From Yuukianura sp. NJ FZ-2021 (taxonomy: Eukaryota): a stretch of 64,000 bases of DNA. Made by a program: the position numbers and the translations under genes. The notes beneath the pieces are model-generated. The model searched no databases and was not told the DNA's origin. It was given only the letters and a program-made list of their open reading frames with translations. The first letter of the stretch is position 1. Each line of letters starts with the position of its first letter. This document shows positions 24,594-38,796 of this stretch, piece by piece. The stretch is taken from the NCBI GenBank assembly GCA_046563655.1, contig CM102284.1:8742001-8806000 (forward strand). The letters run 5' to 3'.

Positions 24594-27500
24594 TTAAATA
24601 AAATCAAAGTCAACAAATATTGATGAAAAGCAGCCTTAAATCTGAAAACTTGACAGAAAAAATAAATGCGTTTAAAAAGGAGATTTACGGTGTTTGTTGA
24701 AAAAAGAAAGTTGGAAATTCATATCTTTCACTTTTTGGCGCCACGCCCACTCTTGTCCTATTTGAAAAAGTAACTTTTTAGTAACAAGAGAGAGAAAAAA
24801 CTATTGTTATTTTGTGTCTCCCTTTTCTCTAGACACAAAAATGGAAAGAAAGAGCTACACTTTCCAATTTCTGAAGCAGCAGCAGCAGGAGAAAGTCTGT
24901 CGTCATATAAGACTTTTGGATTTGAATTCATTTCTCGTTTCTTTTCTTCCCGCGCTTTCTCTTCTCTCTTTAGATAGAATAGAGGATTTGGGAGAACAAA
25001 ATACAAAGCCAGATTTTGGATGGAGGGTTGAATAGGAATTCTTACTTCTATTCAAATCTCTCTCCCTTCTTTTCAAAATTTTGAACAAGGAAAAAAAGAA
25101 AACGAAATCCCTTATTCCATTTTCTCAAAAGTCCTTATGTGTGGAGATTATTTTCAAAAGAAGAAAAAGAATTCACGCCTTGTGTCCTCTAATAATATTT
25201 CCTTTAGCCAAACTTATTATTTCTCCCTACTTTCTCCATTGTTCAAAAACAGATTTGGAAAAAAAAGTGTAGGAATTTCAGAATTTCAACAAAAAGTTAC
25301 TAAAGAATGGAAACTGAAACTCGTTTTCCAATTAGCATTAAAAAAAATCAACAATTTTGAATTTCTGGTGAAAGTCGACTTTCACTTTTTTGCACGTCTA
25401 ATTTTTTTGAACGGCGTTAAAGTTTTTAGAGAATTTTTAAATTTTTCAGATTCCTTTTGCTGTCTAGCATAACTTTTTTGTTGTAAAGTTGTAAAAACTG
25501 AAAAGAAAGTTGGAAAATCAAAAAGTGATTTTCGTTTTTTCTCTTTCTTTTTTACTTTTTGCTGTTTTTTTGTTGAAGATCAAAAAGTCAAAAAGCTGAC
25601 ATCCGTTTGGAGCATAAAAGGTCTCATTTCCTGTCCTCTTTACAATTCCTTACAAACTTTCTCTTTTTCCTTGTATTTTTACTTTTCTTTTGTATGTTAT
25701 TGACTAGAGGAGAGGGGAAACTAAAGTCAAGAGAAAGTAACAATAACAGTAACAATCAAAATCAAAAAGTACATTTTTTTGTTACAATTTTTTTCTTGTT
25801 CGAGTTTTTTTCTCTGGTCTTCCATATACCTCCTTTAGTCTCTTTACTTTTCAATACAAATCCATTAGGTTTTTTTTTGGACAGAGGAAGTGGAAGTGAA
25901 AAGAGTCCAAAAAGTATCGGAAACACTCCCATTTAGCCGAACATAAACAATCCAGCCAAAGTTGGGGAGAGGGGATGAACTTTCTTTTTAGCATATGCTA
26001 AGCATAAGTCTTTTTGTGCTAAGCACAGTGTCCTTTTGTCCCTCTGACCTTTGACCCTACGTGGACTCGTGTGCAAACTAACTTTTTAGGAAAAAGTATT
26101 CAAAAATAAAAAGTTAGGGTAGTTTTTTCCATTTGAATCTCATTGAGAGACTGTAAATTATGGAGAAAATGGTGCATAGCAGAAGGGGTTGAAAAGTGGA
26201 TCAGTTTCAGTAGTGGATTTGTGGATTTATGGCCATCCGTCCGGAAATGGACATTCCACTAACGCTCCTTAACTTTTCCCTAGGAAATCAATGACCCATT
26301 ACAATTTCACCCTACTTTTCAAAAAACTATTCAAAAAGTTAGAATTTTGTTAAAAAGTTCAAAATCAAAACAGAAATTTCGAAATACTCGTGTAAAAAAG
26401 AGCGTTCAAATGAGCAAACTTTGATTTTCTTTGTGACCAGAAATTAAAAACCGGAAAATTTCCAATCGGCGCTAAAAATAATGAAAAATCTCCAAAAAAA
26501 AATTCTTTGCTTTCACTTTTCCGTTTGTCTGATTTTATCCAATTTTTTTGACTCGTTCAAACTTTTAGTTTGCGAAAACTGGTGAAAGTTGTGTAAATTT
26601 TTTGACTTTTGGCCAAAACCGTTGAAATTTGGAGTTTGTTAGAATGAAAATTAGTGAAAGTTGTGTAAATTTTCTTTAGAATTGTGATTCTCTAGAGACA
26701 GAGAGACACTTTGTATGTGAAAGTCATATTGGATTTTCCCTTTTCCTCCGCCTCTTGTTCTCTCCCAATAGTAGACAAAGGATGAGTGGGAAACTGGCAC
26801 ATTATCTTCAACTTCCATGCATCCAACCTAACAAAACGAACCAACTCAATCCCTCTTCTTGTCCCATTGTGAACCACACAAAAGACAAAGCAACTCAAAG
26901 CTCTCAGCTCAATCTTTTAACATTTCACAATTTCAGCCAGAAAGCAAAGGAGTTTCAAATTTGAGAGAAAGGATTTTCCAAATTTAGCGGTGGAAAGAGA
27001 GAGAAAGTCTCAAATTCCAAATTAACTAAAACCGCCAGTTGGTTTCAAATTTTGAAACATTTTGAAATTTAGTGTGGAAGGAGAATGTTTTGGAGTTGTT
27101 TTGTCCCCCTGCTGCTTCTAATCCTGTCCATTGTCATTTGGATTTTGATGAAGATGATACTTCACTGTTAAATCGTAAGTTTTCCATTTAAATTCAAAAG
27201 GTTTCTTTTCCTTTGCCGCGACGTGAAAAAAGTTAGTCATGCGAATCCAGGTAGTTCTGTCAAAGGAACTAATTCTTGATTATTTTAAATCGTTTTTCAT
27301 GTTTCACTGACTCTTTTTATGAATATGTGAAGCTTCGAGATATACAAAAAATACCCGGGAGTTTTAAGCTGTCTTTTGTCTCCGATGCAACCATGGACTC
27401 AACTGCAACAGACCCAAAGCCACCCCTCTTTCTACCGATTTGCAAAACGGAGATTAAAATACCCATCTCTGTTTGAATTTTTTAAAAAAGCGTTTTTGAA

Positions 27501-29117
27501 AAAAGTTTTCTCTGAATTTTTGAAAACCCTAAAAAAAATTAGTTCCGGTGTAAAAGTAATAAGAGTAAAATAAACGCCGCTTGAAAATTTTAATTTTCGT
27601 AACTACTGACTTTCTCCTTTCTTTTTAAAGTTTTGTTTTTACCATCTGCTTTCACTTTTTTTTTCTCGAAAACTTCAAAATTCAAATTCAAAAATTGTTC
27701 GAAGATGCTTTCTAAGATTGCTCTTAAAAGTGGACACGTTTTTTTATGCTAAGCGTTTCACATTTTTTTGAAAGCAAATGATGAATTTCTTACAAGAAAA
27801 TTCTTAGGAGAAAAGATTACTTTTTTTCTGAAACTGAGAAACAATTTCTACTAAAACTTTCCTTGTTGTTGCAAAAATTGTGCTTTGTTGTAAGTTATTG
27901 TGGATTATGTTTCTAAATGACAGTACGGAGGAAACATAAGTTGGATTATTTGAAGAAGGGAAGTAGAGGGTAGAATTTGTGCAATTTCATTATAAGATGA
28001 GAATGCCCGGGTAACAAAGGTCTCCATTGTCCACTCCCTTCTCAAAAGACCAGTTGATGCGAGGACTCTTATTATCCCATTCCGAAACAACTCCATCTTC
28101 CTCTTTATTAAAATAGAAACGAGGATTTTCATGGACTCATGGCCACATTCACTCACACAAAACAAATATCCAGCTCTATCTCTTCTCAACACAACTTCAT
28201 TTGGAGACACAATTAAATCTGTAATAAAAATGAATTATTTTATATATATTATTATAAAACTTAGTTTTGTAAACAAAAATAGTTTTGAAGGCTCAATTTC
28301 ATAAAATCAAAACTAAACGCAAAAAAGGTCCCGGAGAAAGCTGCGTAAAAAAAAACGCGTAAAATGACATAATTTTTCCATAATTTTTTTCAAACCGCGT
28401 TTAATTTTGACCATAATTCTGTTTAAATTGTGATTAAATTTTGAACATTTTAAGTAATTCGTAGTTTTAACTTTAACTTTTAACTGTTTTTAAGTAAATT
28501 AACATAATTTAATAGTTAACAACTTATGGTCAACATTTGGTTAACTTTAGCCAACTTTTTTAAGTTATGGTGAGTTCAATGGGAGTTTTACCATAAGTGG
28601 AAAGTCGCCTGATTTTAACATGCCCTTAAATGGACACACTGCATCACCCTAAACATTTCAGCTGTGCTGGTGTCAAAGGTCAAATCACAAATTAACACAA
28701 CTTTCCAATTAATCAACCTCATAAAAACTAGTTTTAGGTAAACGCTAGGTTAGTTGATTAACTTAAGTTAGGTTTACAATTAAATCGTTTAACTTTACAA
28801 CTTTTAAATAGTCTGTGAGCTAACTCATGCCTGGCAGAACTGGGAATAATAAATAATTATGCAACAATTGATAAATTTTTTAGTAAAAAGCGTTGAGCAT
28901 GGGAAAAATTGTGTTTTTAGAACCAAATTTCTTGTAACGTTGATTTCAAAAAAATAAAACAGGGTGTGGTGAATTGAAAAAAGTGAAGATACGCCTACAT
29001 ACTTAAGGGTCTGTTTTGATTGATTCGTCAAGGAACATTTGAACAACAAACGAAGGAGGTCATCAATTAAGTTACTCAATTGATTAGATACGCCCTTAAA
29101 ACAGGCAGGGAGGGCCC

Positions 29118-32100
29118 TTAGAATATTACAGGCAGGGCCCTTCGAAAGTCGTTAGACGATGAGGGGGCGGTGGGTGGCTGGGCAGCGGGTGTGGGGTGAA
29201 GGGGCCCATAAGGGCTCTGTGCACTGCCTGGCAGCGGAGGGTGGGAGTACTGAGAGATGTGGGCCAAGGTGGGGCCAGTCCCACCGGACAACCCACCAAC
29301 GTGGTTCAACTGAGAGTAGTAACTGGCCAAGGACGAGAAGTGGGGCGGAAAACCACCGGCAGAAGTCATTGGAGTCCCACCGGACAACAGCCCCACTTGA
29401 TCTTCCGGCGTCCCACGATGACTCAACTGCTGGCCTTTGGGAGCCACCCCGTGGGGCAACTCAGGAGTCCCACCCATGGAATCCTCATGCAAACTGCTCT
29501 TCGGAGACTCAGATTCAGATTTGCTCCCTCCAACTTCATAACGCTCGCTCGCGGTGGGCGTCGACCCTAAAACAAACAAAGTCAAAATTACTAAAACCGA
29601 ATTTGAAACTGCAAAATGTTTCCTTTGTGGTTCAATTGTGAGTTAAACATTCGACAATTCAACAATAATTTATAGTTTTATATTTTACTGTTGAATTAAC
29701 AAATAGTCAATTGAAAAGAGAACAAACACAAGTGTTGAGTGAAACGATGGTTGCGGTGAATCTCGTTAATTCAACAATTCAACATTTTAACAAAAGAAAC
29801 AAGAGTGGAAACTGGAAAGAGTGAAACAGCCTTCATTTGGTGGGTTTGGTGGGGCGAAGTGGGACTCACCGGAGAATGGTTTGGTGGGGCTGGTGGAGTC
29901 AAAGTATCTGGAGGTGGGTGTGTCCAAATAAGACTTGCCCGCTGCCTCCTGCATGTACTTGGCAGCAGCCGCTGCAGCGGCGACCGCTTCTGAAGAGTAC
30001 ATACTTCCGAGTGCTGCTGAGTATCTGTACTTGTCGTCCATTCCGCTGGAGTAGGCCTTCATCGCATCCTGCATTGAAGAAACGACTTGCGGAGACCCAA
30101 AACTAGAGTTGTAAGCACTGTTGTAGTAACTCATCTGAGCAGCAGGCAGACCCGCTGAAATTCAAATTTCAAAATTATGAAAAAATGAATATTTTGAAAC
30201 AGGAAGTCTCAAATTTAAAAAGAGGAAATTGTGGGTTGTGCAATGGAATTTGAGTTTTGTTTTGGATTGTTGCGTCGATTGTTCAAAAAGAGTTGAGAAT
30301 TGACAACTGAAAAGAAGGTGAGAATGAGATTTCTTTTGTTGTCAATTGTGTAAAGACTTTGGATTTTTGGTCCTTAAGTCTACTGGGCCCTTAAGTCTCC
30401 TTGACGTGCAATTAGATGAATCCAGAAGAAAGTAATGACAGTGATTACTCTAACAAACAAACCCCCTTCACACTTCCACACAAAAGAACTCATTACACGA
30501 TAGGAAGACAGTTCCACATTGTCACTATTCACAAAACAACAATAGACTATGACGAGTCTCTGCAAATTCAATCCGGAGTTCAAACTGCAGATTCAAAATT
30601 TTGAGAATTTAAAAATGGAATTCAGAAGTTGGAGAAAGCAGGTGAAAGGTGAAGTTCGTTTTGTGGTTGAACTTTTGTGGCCAAACGGCGTCTCCCGCTG
30701 CTCCGCTGAAAGACTCCGAATGTGGCCAAGGTTTTTGTGTGGAAGTGACAATGGACATGTCCATGACATGGCTCAACCTGCGACAACTCATGTCAACGTC
30801 CACTCCAGAACCTTTTCACTTTAAATCCAAATCCTCCCTCCTCTGTTTGAAATTCTAAAAAAGTGTCATTTGAACAAGCGACTTTTGAAGGAGAATCAAA
30901 GAATGACTGAGCAACTGCTTTTTCTTACGGGGAAAATTCAAACAAAAGAGACAAAGAAATCCAACATTCACACTACACACGAAATTAAGGTTTTCAAAAT
31001 TTAAAAATAAGTGTCATCATTTTCAATTTTGAAAGTTCAAAATTTCATTCCCAAGAAATGCAAGTTTGAGCAGTTTGAAAGAAATGCTGGTTGAGGAATG
31101 TTGCCTGTGCAGTCTAGACTGCGTGGTGCCCAATTCCACGTGGAAACTTGTTCAGAATTTCAAAAAAAAATTCCAAGTTGAAACAACTTTTGAAAAGTTG
31201 TTCTCTGCAAGAAGTGACTCAAATGCTCCGTGTTTCTCTCAATGTCTTGTCGGTTTCTTTGACTTTTGTGTTGGACATAAAGTGATCTGTCCAGTAGAAT
31301 TGTTATGGACGAAGTGTCTTGATGTGTCCATTAGCCAAGGAACCAACTGTACCCTTGGCTTCTGCATTCCAAGGGACTCTCGAGGGGGACTTAAGTGTCA
31401 AGGGCCCTTGGAAAATGAAGCTTCTGAGAAGAGCCAAAAATAGCAAAGGAAATGCAGAATTTGCAGGTGAAATGCCCACGGCCAACTTTCGATTTACGAC
31501 AAACGACATCCGCCCTTGCAACATGACAAATCGATTCAAATCTTGAATTTGACAGAAATCCTGCCAATTTCGAAAAATGAATTTCAAAATTTCAGTTTTT
31601 GATTTTGAAGAAAGTTTATGTTCGAAATGCACCTTGTTCGAAAGGAAGCTGTAAATGAACGGTGCTTCCAAATTGTTTTGTCCTCAATTGAAGAAAACAA
31701 TAAAAAGACAAAAGAGAATTTTATTGTTTTACAACACAGAAGAAATTGAGACAAACGGAAACACTTCTGTTGCTCCGAAAAAGCTTTGAACATTTTCACT
31801 TTGGGTCACAACTGTCGTCACCTTCAAGAAAAATAGCCAAATCACAATCAAAACAAAGTCATTGTTTTCCCAGACCAAGAAAACAAAGATGCTTTGAAGA
31901 TCATTTTGGAAATGATAGAATCCAGTGACAAAGTGGATGATTTATTACAATCCACTTCAAAAAGCATGAAACGAAGGGACGCAGAGGGCCCTTGGCCACT
32001 TTCGAAATTTCGATTCTCACTTCCGCCAATTTCAAAATCAACTTGACAATTTTACGCCTCCTGATCAGACAAAGTGCAAAGTCATCGCAACAACCCACGT

Positions 32101-34215
32101 CAATTCAAACGTCATTTCTCTCCACTCTCAAAATCAACATTCAAAATTTCATTTCGAAAAAGAGAAGCTAAAAAATGCATCACGAGAATTAAAGCTTGCA
32201 GAAATGACAAAAGTTTTATTTTTGGTTGTGCGAAAGATCTCGTGGGAACACCTTTGGCCCAAATGCATTTTAGAAAATCTAAAAAAAGAAGATTTGAACA
32301 AAAGATTGAGGGAGGGAGGAATTGTGTTTAATTGAAAGAATTGGACACAACACGACGATTGGCCATCAATCACCCACAAATGGAATTCCCCCTTCAATTC
32401 AATTCAAAATCACAAGATTCAATTCAAGATCAAAAGATTTCACCCCCTCCATCTTCACCCGCCAAAATTCAAAAATAACTCCAAAGTATTCCAAAGTTCA
32501 AAAATTCAAATTTTGATTTTAGAGTTGGAATGGGAGGTCGAGTGACACGGATTCGGTTGACATTGAATTGTGGAAGTGGTGGACTCATCTCTAGACACTC
32601 GTGTGTTTAAGTGTTGAATGGAGAATGGAGGGAGATTCAAAATAATTGAATTTGGCATTCAATTGCCTATCTCCACGCAGAGATCTTTTTAGCTGGACCC
32701 ATCAATCCAATTGTGAATGACACAAAAGAGACTTTGGGCACTGGATCATTATGGCCAGAAGTTGACATGGAATGACAATGGACATGACAATGCCCCCCTT
32801 CCGGAACAACCTCTTATGAATATTCCCAAAGTGTTTCAGTTTTCAATGTATCACTTTTTCATAAATTAGATTCAGAATCTGCCAGGAACAAACTTTGTCG
32901 TCATTCTTTTGTGGCACAAAAATTGACAATTCCAAAAACAACTTGAAACTTACATGTGTAAAACCAGAAACACAATTCACATGCAGATCAACAGAAATTT
33001 AAACATTCAAACAACAATTGAACATTTCAAGCAATGACAAGGATGCGGAGGGTTGAAAACAGTTGGGAAACAGAACAAAAAAAATCATAATTTCAAAAAA
33101 CAGTTTAAATTGAAAAGTACTTTAAACTATGCATTTTGCAAAATTTTCATTTTTTGCAATTTCTGTTTGCAAAAGACACAAAAGAAACCACGTAAATATT
33201 TGAGTTTGGTTTCAAGCGTGTCTAATTCAACCAGTTTTCTCTGTGCATTGACTTTGTATAGAATTGGAATGCACTTGAATTCAGAAGCAAAGCATTCCAG
33301 AGAGAGGAGCCACGCTGGCTAGAAATCCAAAGATTCAAGGAAGAAGGGGACTTAAGGGCCCCTCTGAATCTCCACAGACTCCGAATTCCAAAAGAAAAAA
33401 GTCAAAGGAAGCGAAGGACCCTCGCAGTTTAAAAAACCAAAACCCCACTGAGCAAAAGTACAACAATTTACACACAAAACTAAAAACACAAAGTACATTG
33501 CAGGACTGCGAAAAGACAGAAATAGTTGCAAAGGTGTGACTGAAATTAAAAGTAAAAAAGTACCTCTGAGAGCGTCCATGGGTACTGAAGGGTACGGGAA
33601 TGAGTAAGGGTACCCCTCCTTCTTAAGGGTCTTGGGCTTCCTGCGTGGTCGGTACTTGTAGTCTGGATGGTCCTTCATGTGCTGGGCCCTTAAGCGCTTC
33701 GCTTCGTCGATGAAGGGCCTCTTCTCGTCCTCCGAAAGCAACTTCCACTCCGCACCCAGGCGCTTGCTGATCTCTGAATTGTGCATCTTCGGATTCTCCT
33801 GCGCAATCTTGCGCCGCTGCATGCGAGACCACACCATGAACGCATTCATCGGACGCTTGATGTGGTCGTCCCCACCCACCAACGAACCCACCACCTCCCG
33901 CCCCACCTTCTTCGGCCCCACCGACCCACCAGGACTCATAGCACACGAAGAGCCAGAGGAAGAGGTGGATGGAGGAGTCAGATGAACTGCCCCACCACTG
34001 TTGCTATGGAGAGAATGGTGGTGGTGGCTCATGGAGTTGAGATGGTGGGACATCAAGTGGGACGCTGATGTTGGGAATGCTTGAGATGCAAGTGACATGA
34101 GTCCTGCCCCACCACTGGCCCCACTTCCGCCCAAATGCGCATGCGACAGTCGCTGACTCAGTTCGTGGTGGCTCAGACGGTGGTGGGAATTGTAGTTCAG
34201 CCCTTCTTCGTTCAT
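29118..34215 (-). CDS. Sox21b: SoxB HMG-box transcription factor, Sox21b/Dichaete-like, copy A (exons 34215-33564, 30154-29870, 29566-29118; 461 aa)
   Basis: HMG box [54 protein letters not shown], then [19 protein letters not shown]-terminal RRALPVIF; exons of 652+285+449 nt splice in frame. Assignment to Sox21b rather than Dichaete is tentative. Confidence 0.9.
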
Positions 34216-35809
34216 CTTTTGAAGAAATTTGAAATTCGGCGGTTGAATTCAAATCTTTTGATTTCGGATGAAATGAATTTGAAAGTCCCGGGGGATGGAG
34301 GGGGAAGTGTTAATTTTTGATTTGCGTGAGGGTGGCTCCGATTCCGAGGTTTCTTGAATTACGCATGTGAATCTATTGTTTGAAATTAATAGAAATTGAG
34401 TTGTTATTCACTTTGTTTGAACAAATAGATCGCTGAAATCAAATCGCTGAAAACAGCGTCCAACTCTCCTTCCACTTTTCTCCAGTCGAGTGTTTGTCCA
34501 CTTTCAAAACTAATTGAATCTCAAGTGTCAATTGATTCACAAAAGAACAGAACTCTTTTCACATTTCAGAAATAACTGCTCTACTTTCCACCGAAAACTG
34601 CAATTTCATCTCAACTTTTTAACTTGGTTGGAAATGGAAGAATTTAAACAGGAATCTGAAAAGTGGACTTTAAGGTTCCGAAAGATTCAAAATTTAAATC
34701 TGCCTTTCGTTCCCACGGTTCAAAAAGTGTTGGGACAGTGACAAATGTTTTCATAAATTAGAATTCAAAAGGAATTAAAATGACTTGCCGCTTAAGTGGA
34801 TTTGATCCTCACAAGAAGCCACTTCACCCAAAAAACTGGTTTTGCACGACTCTGTTCTCACGAAATTCAAAGGAATTTCAAAATTTGAAAAGAAAGTTTA
34901 GACAACTGCACCAATTGCTCAATTGTCACTCGGAAACTACTGTTTTTCACACTTCTGTTTGAACAGACTTTGTTTGAACACAGAGTGAGTTGTTGTGCTG
35001 GTGGTGGCTGGACAATGACTGAAGCAGAGTGGCTTTGGAGTTGGGAGGGAGTGGGAAGGGGTGGGGCCTCCCTCGGCCGATCTCCACCAAAACCCACCGC
35101 AGTTTGGTCCATCGCAGCATCCAAACCAAGATCTGCACAAAAACGCCCCTCACAAACCCCCTCCCTTTTGTTCAACATCTTTGTCTCTCTCCATTCTTCT
35201 CACCAATCAAAAACACATCTTCACTTCATTCCAAAAAACAAAACTCAATTCCAATCGATCCACCAAAATAACACAAATGTTTCAAAATTTCAATTTCCCT
35301 CTTTTTTGAAAATGGCTTTTGTTGAAATTTTGTGATCCTTCTCTTGTGCTTTTGAATTCATTCTTCCATTCTTAACTTTGTTAAAGCGAGAAAGGCAGAA
35401 AAGCAACAATGAAATCCATTACAAGAAGCTTATGCAGAGATCATCTGCTCATGAGGTCAACTGTTGACCTCAGCAACGTAAAATAACGTAACACTCAGAT
35501 TTAACTCAAGCCTGGGTTACAGGACCGCCTGGCAAAAAAAAGGTCCTGGCAAAACAAAATCGTTTTGGCTAGTCAAAACACACGCTAGCAAAACGGTATG
35601 CAAAACTGAAAATGCTAGCTCGCTTTGCCAGGTAGTTTGCCATGCGGTTTACAGGACTTTGCCACCATATGATTTTGGTTGGCAAACTGAGATTACCAGA
35701 ACTCAAAAAAATAATAGGTTAGTTCCATTCTTGATTGTTTAATCAGCTATTGAATTATAAGTACTCGTAGTTGATTAATACATCTAACCTAACTAATAAA
35801 CCAATTATC

Positions 35810-37484
35810 ATGAGTGACGACAGCGACGACGAGAGTTTAATACTCCTGACGGCTGCGACGATTTTGTTAAAGAAAAGAGGGAGATCAGTTAGAAGATCTA
35901 GGGTAAACCCATATCTACGAGATCGGCCAACCAAGGGAAGATATTTCACGGATGTAAGATGCTTTTAAAGATATCGACATAAATATGAAAAATTCAACTT
36001 TCGTAATTAAGTTCTAACCTATCACAGTTTGAAGATATGCGAGCAGCTGAACATACTTTCAAGGAGAATTTTCATATGAGTCCTGTACAATTTGATGATT
36101 TACTTGAATTACTAAGTCCACGACTAACTCCGAAGAAATTATCAAGACCGGATAGTATATCGGCGAGGGAGAAATTAGCAATTACTCTCGAGTAAGTAAT
36201 TGAGTCGTATTATCTAACCTATCGAAATCCAAATTATTTTAAAAGTGAATAAACTCGTTTCCCTTATTTACTAGATTCCTTGCTTCCGGAACCTTTCAAA
36301 GGCATATTGCTTCTTGCTATCGTGTTAGCAAGGCGACTGTCGGGGGCATTATTGAGTCTACATGTCAGGATATCTACGAGATTTTGTCTCAGCAGTTTCC
36401 TAACGTTGGAACAAATAATGGAAATGGGTTAACATAACACTGGATGCTAATTCTCAACTTTTGTATAGGTTAGCTCAGAACGAGAGTGGATACGTCACTC
36501 AAATGAATTCAATTCACTGTGGCAGTTCCCAAACTGTTTAGGAGCTGTCGATGGAAAGCATTGTGCCATCAAATGCCCCCAGAATGCTGGGTCGCTCTTC
36601 TATAATTATAAGGTGACAAGCATCTTTAAACTTGACCTTAAATATAACTAAAATAACCTATATAACCTATAACACACTATGCAACTTAAGTATGAATTAT
36701 TTACAGGGGTTTCATAGCATTGTACTAATGGCCGTAGCCGATGCTCGTTCCCGTTTCACCTACTTTGATGTCGGTGCTTATGGGAGTGAAGGCGACTCTG
36801 CGGTTTTTGCTTCTTCTGGTTTTGGAAAATCGTTAGCTTCGGGAAAACTGAATCTGCCATCAGACCAGAAAGTCTACGGGAAACTCACGCCGTTCGCTTT
36901 TCTCGGCGATGATGCATTTCCCCTTCATAAAAACATACTGAAGCCGTTCAAGCCAGCTAAAAACAAGCCTACTTTGGATATTCCGGAACGAATATTTAAT
37001 TATAGGTTATACAAACCTAATTTTTGAATGCGCTTGTTTATCGAATAGGTTAGTAACTACAGTACCTGAGCTAACCTATTTTCTGTATAGACTCAGCAGA
37101 GCTAGGCGGTGCGTGGAAAATGCATTCGGTGTGATGTGCTCGAGATGGCAATGTCTGGCCCGAACAATGTTTCTCAACCCAGAAAAAGCTCAAAAAGTTA
37201 TAGCCGCCTGCTGCCTCCTACACAACTGGTTGATGCAAGACAGAGAAACGTATTGTCCCCCTGGCTTTATGGACACATATGATAACGATGGAAATCTTGT
37301 ACCCGGCAGTTTTCGGCAAATCCTTCCAACCGACTCCTTATTCCACGCTTCGGTTCCTCAGCCGAGTAGGTCCTGTGGAAGGCCACCCGCAGACCCTCTA
37401 AAGCAACGTGACCACTTGAAAGCCTTCTTTAATTCGTCCGAGGGCGAAGTGGAATGGCAAAAACAATCAATTTTTGTTGGATGA
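35810..37484 (+). CDS. Harbinger DDE transposase (HARBI1/DDE_Tnp_4 type), 6 exons, apparently intact
   Basis: Spliced translation gives FKENFHMS, EKLAITLEFLASG, FPNCLGAVDGKH, YNYK|GFHSIVLMA, FLGDDAFPL, FNYR|LSRARRCVENAFG; no internal stop found. Confidence 0.92.
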
Positions 37485-37608
37485 ATTTAACATTCTGAAT
37501 TTATGATTACTTTTAATAGGTTAGGTGCTATTCTGGTAGTAATGAATGAGTATAGTTGGCTTGTCTAATTTAATAATAAAGAAAAGCTAACCTATGTGCT
37601 ACTGCTGT

Positions 37609-38796
37609 CTATTCGTGGTAAAAAACTGTCGTTCCCTCATACTCTTTCAACGTACTGTGTGTGGCAGTGAGGATCTGCATATTTAGATCCTCAACAACAT
37701 GCTCAGGAAGTTTTTTCCACATTCGATCTAGGTTAGCAAACATTGAGTGGTACTTGAGTGACGAAGGCGTTGTCTGTGTGTCATCTGAAGTTTTTACAGT
37801 TTGAAGTTGATGCCTCTTAAGTTCCACAAAATTTGACAAGGATTCGGCCAACTTCTCTGACGTGTCCGCTTTGCGTTTGCGAGATGCCTGATGAAAGTTA
37901 CAGATAACTTTAATTATCTAACCTATGTAATACTAGAACGCTATATGGTTACTTACAAAAGCGTAAACTGGAGTAGAAGTAGAATCGGTTTTACGAGGCG
38001 GAGCGTTCTGCTGTGTCGATTGTCCAGGCTCAGATGGAGATGCCAAAGTTTGTAAAGAATTCTGGGAACATTCCTGGTCTACGTCGAATAGGCCAATTTC
38101 GTCAGGGGTGTTTGGAGGAGAATATTCAGTATCGACAGAATCAAGCGTCCTAATAGTACAGACGGGATATTTAACGTGATTATTAGACGTTATAGCATTT
38201 GGTCGATAGGTTAGGTTCAGGTAGGTTAGGCTAACCTTCGGGCCGGTTTAGATTCAAGAAGGAACTTCATTTCCTCCCATAACTCCCAGTCTGTGTTCGA
38301 TTCGGTTGTGGTAGCTTCGTCGTTGTCATTCGTTCCATCGTCCAGTTCAGCCGGTTCACCGGATTTGCCCTTCTTCTTCTTGTTTGACTTGTTCCGATAT
38401 CGTAGGCATTGACGCATAGACCTCCAGGCGCGCTTGCAGTCAGACTCTGCAAAGTAGAAAAAATAGGTTATTATTTTAGAACAAAGAAAAACAATCGGAA
38501 ATAAATAAGCTAAACGAGGTTTTGGTTCGTATATGCACTCGGATTCTAATAAATAACTACTAACCTATGCTGCGTGTATCTTCGGTAAAGACTACAGTTA
38601 TGATTTTATTTTTATACTTACCCGATTCGGATAATGTCCTTGCCACTGATTCCCAGGCAGCTGTTTGAGCTAAATTATTCTGATGATCACCGCTAGTGAG
38701 ATCCCATAAGCAGGGAAATGACCTGACTTGTCTTGCTAGGTCTCTTTTCTTGTCAGTGTCAAACGATTTCAGTGAACCTGTTTCCTTTTTCCCCAT
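37609..38796 (-). CDS. MADF (Myb/SANT-like) DNA-binding protein of the Harbinger element, 4 exons
   Basis: VRSFPCLWD..HQN...AWESVA..|ESDCKRAWRSMRQCLRY (MADF Trp pattern); W..WEEMKFL motif; BESS-like C-terminal helices; exons join in frame. Confidence 0.88.

Noticed and set aside
28288-28620. Possible MITE starting GGCTCAATTTCAT
   Set aside because: No matching inverted end or TSD found.
33352-33563. Hydrophobic, membrane-like C-terminus of the 287/291-aa Sox ORFs
   Set aside because: Intron read-through past the AG|GTACTT donor; the two copies frameshift relative to each other here while the true exons do not.
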